Positions 8,283 through 17,335 of a stretch of 64,000 nt of DNA are shown piece by piece. The DNA is from a virus. Its lineage: Duplodnaviria > Caudoviricetes. Numbering within the stretch: position 1 is the first letter of the stretch; every line of letters starts with the position of its first letter. Position numbers and translations under genes: made by a program. The DNA is taken from IMG/VR virus record IMGVR_UViG_3300010352_001202. One strand, given 5' to 3'. The notes below the pieces were generated by a model. It saw nothing but the letters and a program-made list of their open reading frames with translations. It did no database searches and was not told the origin of the DNA.

Positions 8283-8491
8283 ACGAAACTACTGTTAGAT
8301 TAAAGATAAAGTTCTTCGGAGATATGAAGCGTTCATATAATCGTTATGCTGCTATGAGGAAATGGCTTTCCGAAAATAAAGTAATTCATAATTTTGAGTG
8401 GGTTAATACAGGGCATTATCTTCCTAGTACCATAGTAATGGATTCTGAATCTGCGGTAATGTTTACCTTTCTGTTTTTGGTGGATCAATGA
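8279..8491 (+). CDS. Array family member 30 (divergent)
   Basis: MRKWL..ESAVMFTFLF; resembles member 29. Confidence 0.75.
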   Translation: MNETTVRLKIKFFGDMKRSYNRYAAMRKWLSENKVIHNFEWVNTGHYLPSTIVMDSESAVMFTFLFLVDQ

Positions 8492-8715
8492 GGCAAGGAG
8501 GATGGTACAGAGTAGATGTACAACCTCATCTCTCTAAAATGTTCTTAGAGGATCAGTGGACTCATATTGTTAAATATAGGGAATGGTGTAATTCTAGGAT
8601 AGGTGCGTGTGGGTTGCATTGGGAATATAATTCGAGTGTAGCGGACGGAATCTATGTATTCTACATAAAAGAGCAAGAAGATTTTATGGCCTTTAAACTT
8701 ACCTTCGGATTATAA
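8488..8715 (+). CDS. Array family member 31
   Basis: QEDFMAFKLTFGL. Confidence 0.85.
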   Translation: MRQGGWYRVDVQPHLSKMFLEDQWTHIVKYREWCNSRIGACGLHWEYNSSVADGIYVFYIKEQEDFMAFKLTFGL

Positions 8716-8718
8716 AAT

Positions 8719-8727
8719 TGATAAATA
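8719..8727 (+). promoter_or_regulatory. Late promoter candidate TGATAAATA
   Basis: Same 9-mer recurs upstream of structural genes; variant of the T4 late promoter TATAAATA. Confidence 0.6.
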
Positions 8728-8749
8728 CTCTCAATTGTGTGAGAGGTAT

Positions 8750-8974
8750 ATGTTGGGTATACGATTAGACGAAATCATTAAAGATCCAGAGTCGGTCGAA
8801 GCTTATATCCTTTTTAGAAATATCGAAGATTGGTGCAATGCCAATATTCCTATAACGCGATTCCGATTTGATTATTCCGCAACAATATGCGTCTATGGAG
8901 TTGATATTCCCGGGCGCATTATTTTTAAGTCCGACGAAGATGCAAATGTATTTAGGTTGATGTTTGGGCGTTGA
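8750..8974 (+). CDS. Array family member 32 (last; own RBS and late-type promoter)
   Basis: GAGG RBS; IEDWCNAN..DEDANVFRLMFGR. Confidence 0.85.
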   Translation: MLGIRLDEIIKDPESVEAYILFRNIEDWCNANIPITRFRFDYSATICVYGVDIPGRIIFKSDEDANVFRLMFGR

Positions 8975-8999
8975 CACTTGGCCAAGGCCGCACTATACT
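8971..8999 (+). promoter_or_regulatory. Sigma70-type promoter
   Basis: TTGACA-17 bp-TATACT; palindrome CTTGGCCAAG in the spacer. Confidence 0.75.
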
Positions 9000-9023
9000 A
9001 AGCATTACACATTAGGACACATC

Positions 9024-9404
9024 ATGGAACCTGTACTCACTGTTATTGCCGCATCGGCTGGGTTGATTGCACTGGGCGCAGCTCTTTACAATTCCCGCAC
9101 CCGAAAGGAAAAGGAAGTTGCAGAAAGAACTTCCGAAGTAAGACAACGGGCAAAGGAACGGGCTCATCAGCGTGCATTCGCAGATACCGTACCTGCTCCA
9201 ATCGACCCATGGGCAGTTAGCGTTGCAGTTTCTACGGCGCTATCGGTTACCGAAACTTCTGCACTTGTAAATGAACTTACACCCGAGCAGGATGAAGTGA
9301 TTGCTAAGATCTTCAGGGAAGCGGGTATTGATATTGTGCAGCCACCACCGGTTGTATTTGTCAATACCATGCCAGAGGATGTTTGGGCAAATGCGAGAGA
9401 CTAA
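9024..9404 (+). CDS. Hypothetical protein with N-terminal membrane anchor
   Basis: AGGA RBS, ATG 9024, hydrophobic N-terminus. Confidence 0.7.
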   Translation: MEPVLTVIAASAGLIALGAALYNSRTRKEKEVAERTSEVRQRAKERAHQRAFADTVPAPIDPWAVSVAVSTALSVTETSALVNELTPEQDEVIAKIFREAGIDIVQPPPVVFVNTMPEDVWANARD

Positions 9405-9423
9405 TAAATAAGAGAGGGTCGAT

Positions 9424-9600
9424 ATGACCAGAGATGATGTGGAAAGAATCACGCAAAATGTTCTGCGTGAGCTAAGTATTGAAATTAAGGATGGAGGATT
9501 TACCGACCCCAATAGCAGAACTGTTTTGCTAAAGCTCGGTGATACTGTCCTTTCCGAAACATGGTTTAATGTGGTACAGCGCGACGAATACGAAGGATAA
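9424..9600 (+). CDS. Hypothetical protein (58 aa, MTRDDVERI..; not in ORF track)
   Basis: Manual translation; GAGG RBS; fills the gap between neighbours. Confidence 0.6.
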   Translation: MTRDDVERITQNVLRELSIEIKDGGFTDPNSRTVLLKLGDTVLSETWFNVVQRDEYEG

Positions 9601-9601
9601 T

Positions 9602-9790
9602 ATGGGACTTGATCTTATTGCTTTTCTCCTCTGCTTGGTTATTATGTTTATTCCCACTTATGTGGCATATAACAGAAAACTGAAGAGACGATTTGCTTGC
9701 TTCTGGATCAATCTATTATTCGGGTGGACAATCATTTTCTGGGTACCAATCCTCATCTGGAGTGTGCTCAGTAGTGCGACAGAAGTCTAG
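9602..9790 (+). CDS. imm: Superinfection immunity protein (T4 Imm-like)
   Basis: FIPTYVAYNRK..INLLFGWTIIFWV..LIWS matches the Imm family pattern. Confidence 0.8.
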   Translation: MGLDLIAFLLCLVIMFIPTYVAYNRKLKRRFACFWINLLFGWTIIFWVPILIWSVLSSATEV

Positions 9791-9987
9791 GCTCTATAGA
9801 ATATGTTACCGACTCGGCTACGAAGTCGGTTTCGTCATTTGTGCAATTGGAAAATTAGTTGAGTTTATTAGATTCCCCTTTCCAAAATGATAATAGCTGT
9901 AGTATCTGTATTTGTTATCGGATTTGTGACCTGCTGCATCGTTGCCTATATAAATTCATACAGCGCAGGCTATTCGGCAACTAATCC

Positions 9988-10674
9988 ATGGAAAGATTCA
10001 CAATAACAACTGATCAATGCACTATAGGGTTTCAAGAGCATGTATCTCTGAATCCTGATTTACCTGCTGCTTCCCAACTCGGGCGGCGAGAGTTGAAACA
10101 CCGCGCCGGTGATATCCAGGCAATAAAGAAAATTATAGTAAACAATTCGTCACTGCGTATTGGATTTGGGTGGGGCTTTGAGTCAACCCTAATCATGAAA
10201 GAGATGATGGACGAATGTATGGCTAATGTAGCGCCCCTATTTAATGCCAATGCAGGGAATATGACTTCAGACATGCGCGGGGACTGGATAGGATTTGTTC
10301 CGTTTAATATATTTGAGCAATCCATATTCGACAATATGTCTTTATACAGTTTGATAGTTTTCAATAACGAACTTATAAATTTTCAGGTTGCAGTTGTCGA
10401 TTTTATCCTTCAACATAAAGATTATAGGTACCACGCATTCATGCGCGATAGCTATCATAGATATAGGTACATGAGAAAGATAAGGAAAGATCCACTGGCA
10501 CTTACAGATGCTTTCCACTACTACATAGATGCGGTAAGAGAAACAACGGGCATAGATACTCTGCCACGGCTGTTTGCCGAAGAGATGATCGGATGTCACT
10601 ATTTGCACAATCCGGATTTGTTTTTTGAATTGGTAGAGTTCTACACACTAAAGGGCACACTGTATGACGAATGA
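9988..10674 (+). CDS. Hypothetical protein
   Basis: 228-aa ORF. Confidence 0.7.
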   Translation: MERFTITTDQCTIGFQEHVSLNPDLPAASQLGRRELKHRAGDIQAIKKIIVNNSSLRIGFGWGFESTLIMKEMMDECMANVAPLFNANAGNMTSDMRGDWIGFVPFNIFEQSIFDNMSLYSLIVFNNELINFQVAVVDFILQHKDYRYHAFMRDSYHRYRYMRKIRKDPLALTDAFHYYIDAVRETTGIDTLPRLFAEEMIGCHYLHNPDLFFELVEFYTLKGTLYDE

Positions 10675-10945
10675 CGACGAAACAATGTCAGAACTGTCGA
10701 AGCATCTAACCGGACTATCACGGGAAGAACTTCTGCAATATGAACGAGCAACTGCTAACACTGGTATGATTATCAATCTTGTAGGTGTGGCGATAATCTT
10801 TTTTGCAATGCTGTTTCCTATCACCGGGGTAGTCGTTGCGGTTGCCATTGCAGTGTATTTCCTTGCTCACATCGGAATTGGAGTAAATATGGGCCTTAAG
10901 TTAATTAGGACGCACATATCCAAAGCAAAGGATACTGATAAATAA
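10664..10945 (+). CDS. Hypothetical membrane protein (2 TM)
   Basis: Two hydrophobic stretches. Confidence 0.7.
   Translation: MTNDDETMSELSKHLTGLSREELLQYERATANTGMIINLVGVAIIFFAMLFPITGVVVAVAIAVYFLAHIGIGVNMGLKLIRTHISKAKDTDK
10936..10944 (+). promoter_or_regulatory. Late promoter candidate TGATAAATA
   Basis: Recurring 9-mer directly upstream of the 10950 gene. Confidence 0.55.
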
Positions 10946-10949
10946 GAGT

Positions 10950-11312
10950 ATGCAATTTCCATACCCTACCAATGCAGTCTGCACATCACAAAACACCATA
11001 GCACTCGACGCTAGCGTTCAGGCTGTAGTGAACGCGATTAACACAAATTCGGTGATTCCTTACGGTGACTACGGTGGTCCTAATGTCTACTACTTCACTA
11101 CACTGAACAATGGTTTGGGTAATTTGGTTTATACCATATTTGATAAAACAACTACGCTGGGGCTAGCAAGCTTCATGGTTCGATATGGTGCTGCTGCTAC
11201 TATTCGTCAGGTATTGTTTCAGCCGTTTCCACGCAGCCAAATTGATTTGCAGTTTCTGATCTTACCTAAGATCCCCATGAATAGTTTCGTACAAGGTAAT
11301 GTGATCCCATGA
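10950..11312 (+). CDS. Hypothetical protein (possibly virion-associated)
   Basis: ORF behind the late motif. Confidence 0.65.
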   Translation: MQFPYPTNAVCTSQNTIALDASVQAVVNAINTNSVIPYGDYGGPNVYYFTTLNNGLGNLVYTIFDKTTTLGLASFMVRYGAAATIRQVLFQPFPRSQIDLQFLILPKIPMNSFVQGNVIP

Positions 11313-11656
11313 AGTTGTTCGAGTTTGAGCAATTGGAAGAGGGTATTGCAGAAGTTAGAAACATAGGCAAAATATGTGTCTTGATAAACGACCATGTCTA
11401 TGAGCAGATGAGAATTAGGCCTAAGGTAACAAAGGAAGTCCTTAACACATTGGTTAAGAGAATCCCAGATGTTAGGAACAAATTTAAGCCGTTAGGTGAA
11501 AATACATCGTTTAAGATTTGGTCTAAGTCTCTTCAATTAGGCATCGCACTAAGAAAAAGATTAGATAAGGACGGCTATCAGCGTGTCGAAGTCATAACGG
11601 TTTTAGACAAACCGTTGTTTGATAATGTAGACGATATTGTGTTTCCCGTAGGGTAA
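11309..11656 (+). CDS. Hypothetical protein
   Basis: ATGA coupled; N-terminus MKLFEFEQLEE. Confidence 0.7.
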   Translation: MKLFEFEQLEEGIAEVRNIGKICVLINDHVYEQMRIRPKVTKEVLNTLVKRIPDVRNKFKPLGENTSFKIWSKSLQLGIALRKRLDKDGYQRVEVITVLDKPLFDNVDDIVFPVG

Positions 11657-11658
11657 AG

Positions 11659-11687
11659 TTGACATTCCGACATATGTACTGTACACT
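11659..11687 (+). promoter_or_regulatory. Sigma70-type promoter
   Basis: TTGACA-17 bp-TACACT, GGAG RBS downstream. Confidence 0.7.
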
Positions 11688-11710
11688 AATACAGTATAAA
11701 TGGAGAAACT

Positions 11711-12226
11711 ATGTCACAAAATGTAATGGTGGATGTCGAGTCCGATGGTCCATGTCCTGGTATGCACTCGATGATTTGCTTCGGTGCTGTCATTGTTGAA
11801 GCAGGCCTACAGCGTACTTTCTACGCGCAACTCAAACCAATTTCAGAAATCTATATTCCGGAAGCCCTAGCAATTAGCGGCTTCTCTCGAGAAGACTGCA
11901 TGAAGTTTCCTGATCCGCGTGATGCGATGCAGAACTTCGAAATCTGGTTGCAGAAAAATATTCCCGGCAAGCGTCCTATCTTCTGGAGCGACAACAACGG
12001 ATACGACTTTGCATTCATGAACTACTATTTCTGGCAGCAGCTCGGCCGAAACCCGTTTGGATGGTCATCGGCGAACCTCGGTTCCTTTTACAAAGGTATG
12101 GAGAAGGATCTGTATAGCACTTTCAAACACCTACGCGACACGAAGCACACCCACGATCCGGTCGATGATGCCAAGGGTAATGCCGAAGCATTGCTGAAAA
12201 TGTTTGCAAGGATGAAGCGTGTTTAA
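11711..12226 (+). CDS. DEDDh 3'-5' exonuclease
   Basis: ExoI DVESDG, ExoII NGYDF, ExoIII HDPVDDA. Confidence 0.85.
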   Translation: MSQNVMVDVESDGPCPGMHSMICFGAVIVEAGLQRTFYAQLKPISEIYIPEALAISGFSREDCMKFPDPRDAMQNFEIWLQKNIPGKRPIFWSDNNGYDFAFMNYYFWQQLGRNPFGWSSANLGSFYKGMEKDLYSTFKHLRDTKHTHDPVDDAKGNAEALLKMFARMKRV

Positions 12227-12428
12227 CGAATTGCTAAGAATCAAATGGGCGGCAGCGAATACTCCGTTCATTGAGTTACAAAGCACCGATAAGAGATTGT
12301 ATCCTACCAAGCGAGAGCTGGTAGCTATAATGCATGGGATTAAAGAGTTTATGGAACAGTATCCGGAAAGCTTTACCGAAGATACTATCGATTTTATCGA
12401 CGAGGTTGACGATGAAGATTCGTTATAA
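12219..12428 (+). CDS. Hypothetical protein
   Basis: Coupled ORF with an acidic tail. Confidence 0.55.
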   Translation: MFNELLRIKWAAANTPFIELQSTDKRLYPTKRELVAIMHGIKEFMEQYPESFTEDTIDFIDEVDDEDSL

Positions 12429-12696
12429 AAGGGATGAGGTATCCCCTCATCAAATATACATGAAAAATAAATGGGATGCACTGGTTGCATTAGCTGAAGA
12501 TGCAGGATTTACTCCTAAGGGTATTGAGGCAACAGAATTATGCCTTATGAATTTCTTTGACTCCATTGTTGAGCAATGTGCAAAGGTTGCCGAAGAGCAA
12601 GCCAGGGTTTATACAGGCGAACACAATGAAGGTGCGGGTTGCTACGGTGCAGCCAATGCTATCAGGACATATGGACAAAGGTTAGGCAATGGATGA
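12412..12696 (+). CDS. Hypothetical protein
   Basis: ATG 12412 with GAGG RBS. Confidence 0.6.
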   Translation: MKIRYKRDEVSPHQIYMKNKWDALVALAEDAGFTPKGIEATELCLMNFFDSIVEQCAKVAEEQARVYTGEHNEGAGCYGAANAIRTYGQRLGNG

Positions 12697-12907
12697 TTAT
12701 GATAGACTAAATCTACAATTTTTATTGAATGCCGACCCGGATACACTACAGGAGTGGTATGATACTGTAGATGCCGACGATATCGAATATGCATCTGAGT
12801 TAATGGACGCATATAAAGAAGAACTGTCAGCAAGGTCTGCTATGCTCAATGACGATGTCGAAGATCTTGGACAAGCACAAAAGTTTCTAAAAAGATTTAG
12901 ACTATGA
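12689..12907 (+). CDS. Hypothetical acidic protein
   Basis: Coupled ORF. Confidence 0.65.
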   Translation: MDDYDRLNLQFLLNADPDTLQEWYDTVDADDIEYASELMDAYKEELSARSAMLNDDVEDLGQAQKFLKRFRL

Positions 12908-13368
12908 GCATGCATATCGTTGGTCCTTATCTTACTACGACCTCGACAAAGAAGCGTAAAGAAAAAGTAACCAAAGCACAACAGGAAGAGTTAGAACGCG
13001 GTTGGCGTGAGAGAAATCAACGCCTAAAGCAGATGGGATTTCCTAAAGAAACTTTAGAACAATACACGGATTTCGTTCATGGGCGCAGCAAAGACAAGAA
13101 AAAGAAAACGCAGCATGAACCAGCGAATAAGGCGGCCGTTCCCAGACAGGATAAAGGAGTTGGTTGCCCTCAGCAGGCTGATACCAACAACCCGAATGTA
13201 CAGAATACAAATAGGAAGATGGAATGGATTACAGGCCCCGTCTCGTCCAAACCGTCGCCGACTTATACGGGCGAAAACATCATCGGCATCGCGGTAATGC
13301 ACAAGAGTTGCCTTCAACCTATATTCAATAAACAGGCTGCCGAAGATGTAGCAAAGATGCGTCGGTAA
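12904..13368 (+). CDS. Conserved T4-like phage hypothetical protein
   Basis: C-terminal YTG..IGIAVMHKS..QPI motif recalled from T4-like phages. Confidence 0.6.
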   Translation: MSMHIVGPYLTTTSTKKRKEKVTKAQQEELERGWRERNQRLKQMGFPKETLEQYTDFVHGRSKDKKKKTQHEPANKAAVPRQDKGVGCPQQADTNNPNVQNTNRKMEWITGPVSSKPSPTYTGENIIGIAVMHKSCLQPIFNKQAAEDVAKMRR

Positions 13369-13376
13369 ATACAGGC

Positions 13377-14117
13377 ATGAAAATTGCTTTATTGATTAGT
13401 GGCGAGTTTAGAGAATTTGCTATTGCACATAAGTTTTGGCCATTTCTACATTGGGATAATGTAGACATCTATTTTTCTGTTTGGTCAAATTCGAAAATAG
13501 AATTTACAAGAGATGGATTTGATATAGAGCCCGTTGATGTTGCTCTAATGCAATCATTGAATCCAAAATCCATTATTACTGACCCTCCCATAGAGGCACC
13601 ATTACATAGAAATATGAGAATGATTTATAGAGTAAAAATGGGACTAGATGCAATTTTCAATTCTAATATAGATTACGATCTCATAGTCAATGTTCGGCCC
13701 GACTTCTTTACATTTGCGCCAGGCGAATATTTTATTAAAGAATTTGAGAGGGCGCTCGAAAAGAAGGTATGCATTATCGACGGGTACGGCCCTACAGGCT
13801 CGGGAGATTCAATGATAATCTTTCCTATTGTACATGCGACACGCTTTCGCCATTACAACTTTGGTGTACATTTCGAACCTGGAAAAGGTGACATACACAA
13901 AGTTTTTCGAGATTACTTTTTTGGGTTTACAGAAGCCATGTCCGATGACTTCTGCCATAAGCACGGCATAGTTCGCCCCAACGCACGAATGTTATCGCAC
14001 GAAGATCAAACAAGTTTTCGTAAGGTACACGAACTATCGGGCGTATGGTGGGAAGAAAGATATAAAGAGAAATTTAACTATAGTGGGTTTAACTACAATG
14101 ATCCTGATTGCACATAG
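13377..14117 (+). CDS. Putative glycan-modifying enzyme (MKIAxxxSGxxR family)
   Basis: N-terminal MKIALLISGEFR and YDLIVNVRPD; paralog of 18157-18942. Confidence 0.55.
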   Translation: MKIALLISGEFREFAIAHKFWPFLHWDNVDIYFSVWSNSKIEFTRDGFDIEPVDVALMQSLNPKSIITDPPIEAPLHRNMRMIYRVKMGLDAIFNSNIDYDLIVNVRPDFFTFAPGEYFIKEFERALEKKVCIIDGYGPTGSGDSMIIFPIVHATRFRHYNFGVHFEPGKGDIHKVFRDYFFGFTEAMSDDFCHKHGIVRPNARMLSHEDQTSFRKVHELSGVWWEERYKEKFNYSGFNYNDPDCT

Positions 14118-14547
14118 AGGAAACTATAAGGGCAGAGATGTCCTTAAAGAGAACACAAAAGATTACATCATGGAGGCTGTAATGGCCGGGTACGATGTAG
14201 AAATTGATGTTTGGTATAACGACGGAAAATATTATCTAGGCCACGATGGACCGGGTGAAGAAATTCCTTTATCGTTTATGGAGCAATCGTGTATGTGGGT
14301 ACACGCCAAGAATTTACCTGCTTATGTAATGTTATTTCGTGATCCTAATGTCCATGTGTTTTGGCACGATAAGGACGAATTTACTTTCACAAGTAAAGGA
14401 ATCAAATGGGCATACTCCGGTGTTATTACATACGACGGTATTATGGTGATGCCGGACAATAGTCTCGATATTTGCTACAAGATAAAAAGCGGCCAAATAG
14501 TGCCGCTCGGTGTTTGTTCTGATAACTTTGAGTTGATTAGAACATAG
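14098..14547 (+). CDS. Glycerophosphodiester phosphodiesterase-like (PLC-like) protein
   Basis: IAHRG..EN..VEIDV..LGHD motifs. Confidence 0.8.
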   Translation: MILIAHRGNYKGRDVLKENTKDYIMEAVMAGYDVEIDVWYNDGKYYLGHDGPGEEIPLSFMEQSCMWVHAKNLPAYVMLFRDPNVHVFWHDKDEFTFTSKGIKWAYSGVITYDGIMVMPDNSLDICYKIKSGQIVPLGVCSDNFELIRT

Positions 14548-16009
14548 ATACATTGTGCTTCTTGCGGAAGCGAGCAGCATCTTCCCATGTGTCTACCAAA
14601 GGTTCGCCTTTTATATTCAGGCTTGTGTTAAGCACAATAGGACATCCTGTCTTATTATAAAAACTCTCAATCATGTCGTAGATTACAGGATTCTGTTCTC
14701 TATTCAGCGTCTGAACTCTTGAACTGCCGTCGACATGACAAATAGCAGGGAACAGGTCAGGTCGTTTGCAAGGTGCGGTAAACTGCATATACGGAGATGT
14801 CTTTACAGGCATATCAAAGTAATCATTAGCAAATTGCTCCAGCACAATAGGTGCGAAGGGTCTGAACTGCTGACGCTTTTTGATGCTGTTTACCTTTGCT
14901 TTTATACCATTTCCGCGTGGATCTGCAAGCAGAGATCTATTGCCTAGTGCTCGTGGACCGAACTCTGCTCTACCGGTAGCAACACCTAAAATCTTCTGCT
15001 CAATTAGTACATCGGCAACACCCTTAGGGTCAAACGGTCGGGTAATGTTTGTTCCGAGATACGGACCTTTCCATACTAACTTTTCTTGTGTATATGCAGC
15101 GACACAACCCAATGAGCTTCCCGCATCGCCCGGATTTGGCATGATCCAAATGTCGTCAAAGATATTTAGACGAGCAATCTTTTCATTGGCTACACAGTTT
15201 AATGCTACACCGCCCATTAAGACAAGATTCTTACATCCTGTTTCTTTCTTTGCCCATGTAGCAATGTTGACCATAAACTCTTCGGCTATTTGCTGAATGC
15301 TGGCAGCCATGTCCATATACCTATGCTCTGTGGTATATTCTGGCTTCCACCATCTGATGCCACGGTGAACATTTTCTTTAAGGATGAAGTCGGGACCTGA
15401 CATATCTTCGATGAAGTCATTCTTCATATCTTCATAGAAGTGTGGCTTTCCGTACGCAGCCATACCCATAAGAATGTATTCTTCTTCGTTAGGCTTTAGT
15501 TCAATTCTCTGTGTAACAGCAGAATATAGGAGCCCTAACGAGTTTGGGTATTCAGTAGAACGAATCTTAGTTAAAGTGTTTCCGTTGCCTTTCCAGATTG
15601 AAATGGTATCCCATTCCCCGATGGCATCGACTACAATAACAACCGCATCGTCAAACGGAGATGTATAGTATCCTGCAGCAGCGTGAGACATATGGTGCGG
15701 GATATATGAAACAGGAACATTGCCTAGCCCGATAGATTTCAAATAGGACTTAGGTGTCTGACTTAGAACTTCGCCCCACTGGCCGGCCCATGCTTGTCGC
15801 ATCTTCTTTGTGTATGGCTTTTCAAACCATACAATCTCGTCGGGTAATCCAAATCTTGATGCATCATAAATGAGCGCACCATTTAGTTTATGATCATTCT
15901 TAATGCGAGAATATCGTTCGGCGTGACCAGCAAAAAGGATTTCATTATCACGAACAACTGTAATAGATGCATCGTGATTTAATGCGCTGATACCCCAAAT
16001 AGTTTTCAT
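14537..16009 (-). CDS. Carbamoyltransferase (NodU/CmcH family)
   Basis: HDAS, HHMSHAA, GGVALNC, EFGPRALGNRS, FRPFAP, NTSLN motifs. Confidence 0.95.
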   Translation of the reverse strand: MKTIWGISALNHDASITVVRDNEILFAGHAERYSRIKNDHKLNGALIYDASRFGLPDEIVWFEKPYTKKMRQAWAGQWGEVLSQTPKSYLKSIGLGNVPVSYIPHHMSHAAAGYYTSPFDDAVVIVVDAIGEWDTISIWKGNGNTLTKIRSTEYPNSLGLLYSAVTQRIELKPNEEEYILMGMAAYGKPHFYEDMKNDFIEDMSGPDFILKENVHRGIRWWKPEYTTEHRYMDMAASIQQIAEEFMVNIATWAKKETGCKNLVLMGGVALNCVANEKIARLNIFDDIWIMPNPGDAGSSLGCVAAYTQEKLVWKGPYLGTNITRPFDPKGVADVLIEQKILGVATGRAEFGPRALGNRSLLADPRGNGIKAKVNSIKKRQQFRPFAPIVLEQFANDYFDMPVKTSPYMQFTAPCKRPDLFPAICHVDGSSRVQTLNREQNPVIYDMIESFYNKTGCPIVLNTSLNIKGEPLVDTWEDAARFRKKHNVSMF

Positions 16010-16740
16010 CTGCTGATATACCTTTCAAGTTCTTCGGGCGTGCCCACCCCATGCATCGCATTTACCATTCCCACGATAATGCGCTGACCTTCTGCAATGT
16101 TTTCATTATAAACAGGGCAAAGATAAAATTCGTTGTTTACACGAATATTCTTTTCAATCATTCTTTCGGCAGCAGCTACAAATTGTTTACCTTGTTTCCA
16201 GATGTACATACCTGCTGTTGCAAAATTTGAAATTGGTTTCTTTTCTGCAACTTCGGCCACATACTTTCCGTCAGCATCGAGTTTAGCAAAACTCCATCTT
16301 GGATCTGTATCATTGAAACACAAAATCAATCCATCAACAAGTGCATCACTCATCATATATTGATGATATAGATCGACATCCCAGTCAATAATATTATCAG
16401 AGTTAATAACAACAAGAGGGGCGTCGTTATCAATATGCTCCTTAGCAAGGAGAACAGAACATGCAGCACCCTCAGTAACTCCGCCGCCGGTGTCGATAAT
16501 CTTACATCCCGGGCGCAGTTTGTTTAGATATGCATCGAGATTATAATCGTCGCGATGTCCTTTTTGGACAATGAATACCCAGTTACCTTGTAAGCCTACG
16601 CTTTCGACTACATGCTCGATCATAGGTTTGCCGAAGATCGGGATCATCGGCTTTATATCTTTGTAACCTGCTTTTGAAAACCTAGTTCCCAGTCCCGCCA
16701 TTGGGACTACGATTGTTGGTATTAATTTTTCGTATTTCAT
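16006..16740 (-). CDS. Sugar-phosphate nucleotidyltransferase (NTP_transferase family)
   Basis: PMAGLGTRF..KP, EKKP, GTPEEL motifs. Confidence 0.85.
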   Translation of the reverse strand: MKYEKLIPTIVVPMAGLGTRFSKAGYKDIKPMIPIFGKPMIEHVVESVGLQGNWVFIVQKGHRDDYNLDAYLNKLRPGCKIIDTGGGVTEGAACSVLLAKEHIDNDAPLVVINSDNIIDWDVDLYHQYMMSDALVDGLILCFNDTDPRWSFAKLDADGKYVAEVAEKKPISNFATAGMYIWKQGKQFVAAAERMIEKNIRVNNEFYLCPVYNENIAEGQRIIVGMVNAMHGVGTPEELERYISR

Positions 16741-17335
16741 TTTGAATGTTCTCGAGTGTTACTTCAGACAATGCGCCGACTGGCAGCACATGAGCACCGG
16801 AAGTTATAGCAGCATATTTACCTGCCTCAGAGTCCTCGAGTATAAGAGTTTCGTTAGGCTCAACCTCTTCCATTTTCATAACAGTAAGGAAAATTTCTGG
16901 ATCGGGCTTATGCTTTTCTACATCGTCGTTGGACAGTATAGTAGGAAAGTAATGTGTAATGCCAAGCACATTTAAAATACGAAGAACATTTTCTTTTCTT
17001 GAATTGCTTGCTACTGCAAGTTTATAATCATCCTTCAGCCCTTCAAACATACCGTATTGGTCGGGACTTGACACTAGCGGACGATAGAAATGTCTAATTA
17101 CATTTTGTTGTTTCTTATCGTCGATAAGAGACACCTGTAAATCAGTAAGATTTAAATGATTCTTTAGGAGTTCTAATTTATGTTTTGTAGTTTTTCCATC
17201 TATATTGATAAGATGTGAAAACTTACTTTCCGGTAAATGAGTTATATATTTTACTGCATCCAGCAGAGATTCGCGGTGGATAGATTCTGTATCCACCAGC
17301 ACCCCGTCGACATCGAAAATTATTAACTTAATCAT
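16682..17335 (-). CDS. HAD-family phosphatase
   Basis: FDVDGVL, KPDP, EDS motifs. Confidence 0.9.
   Translation of the reverse strand: MIKLIIFDVDGVLVDTESIHRESLLDAVKYITHLPESKFSHLINIDGKTTKHKLELLKNHLNLTDLQVSLIDDKKQQNVIRHFYRPLVSSPDQYGMFEGLKDDYKLAVASNSRKENVLRILNVLGITHYFPTILSNDDVEKHKPDPEIFLTVMKMEEVEPNETLILEDSEAGKYAAITSGAHVLPVGALSEVTLENIQNEIRKINTNNRSPNGGTGN

Noticed and set aside
2000-8974. Short ORFs as fragments of long genes under a reassigned stop codon (TGA/TAG recoding)
   Set aside because: Successive ORFs are in different frames via ATGA overlaps, each ends in the same motif, and core genes elsewhere are intact in code 11.
2000-8974. CRISPR array, integron or diversity-generating retroelement
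   Set aside because: The repeats are degenerate and protein-coding, with no attC-like palindromes. No cas, integrase or reverse transcriptase gene lies in the window, and the 3849/4777 pair does not differ only at adenines.
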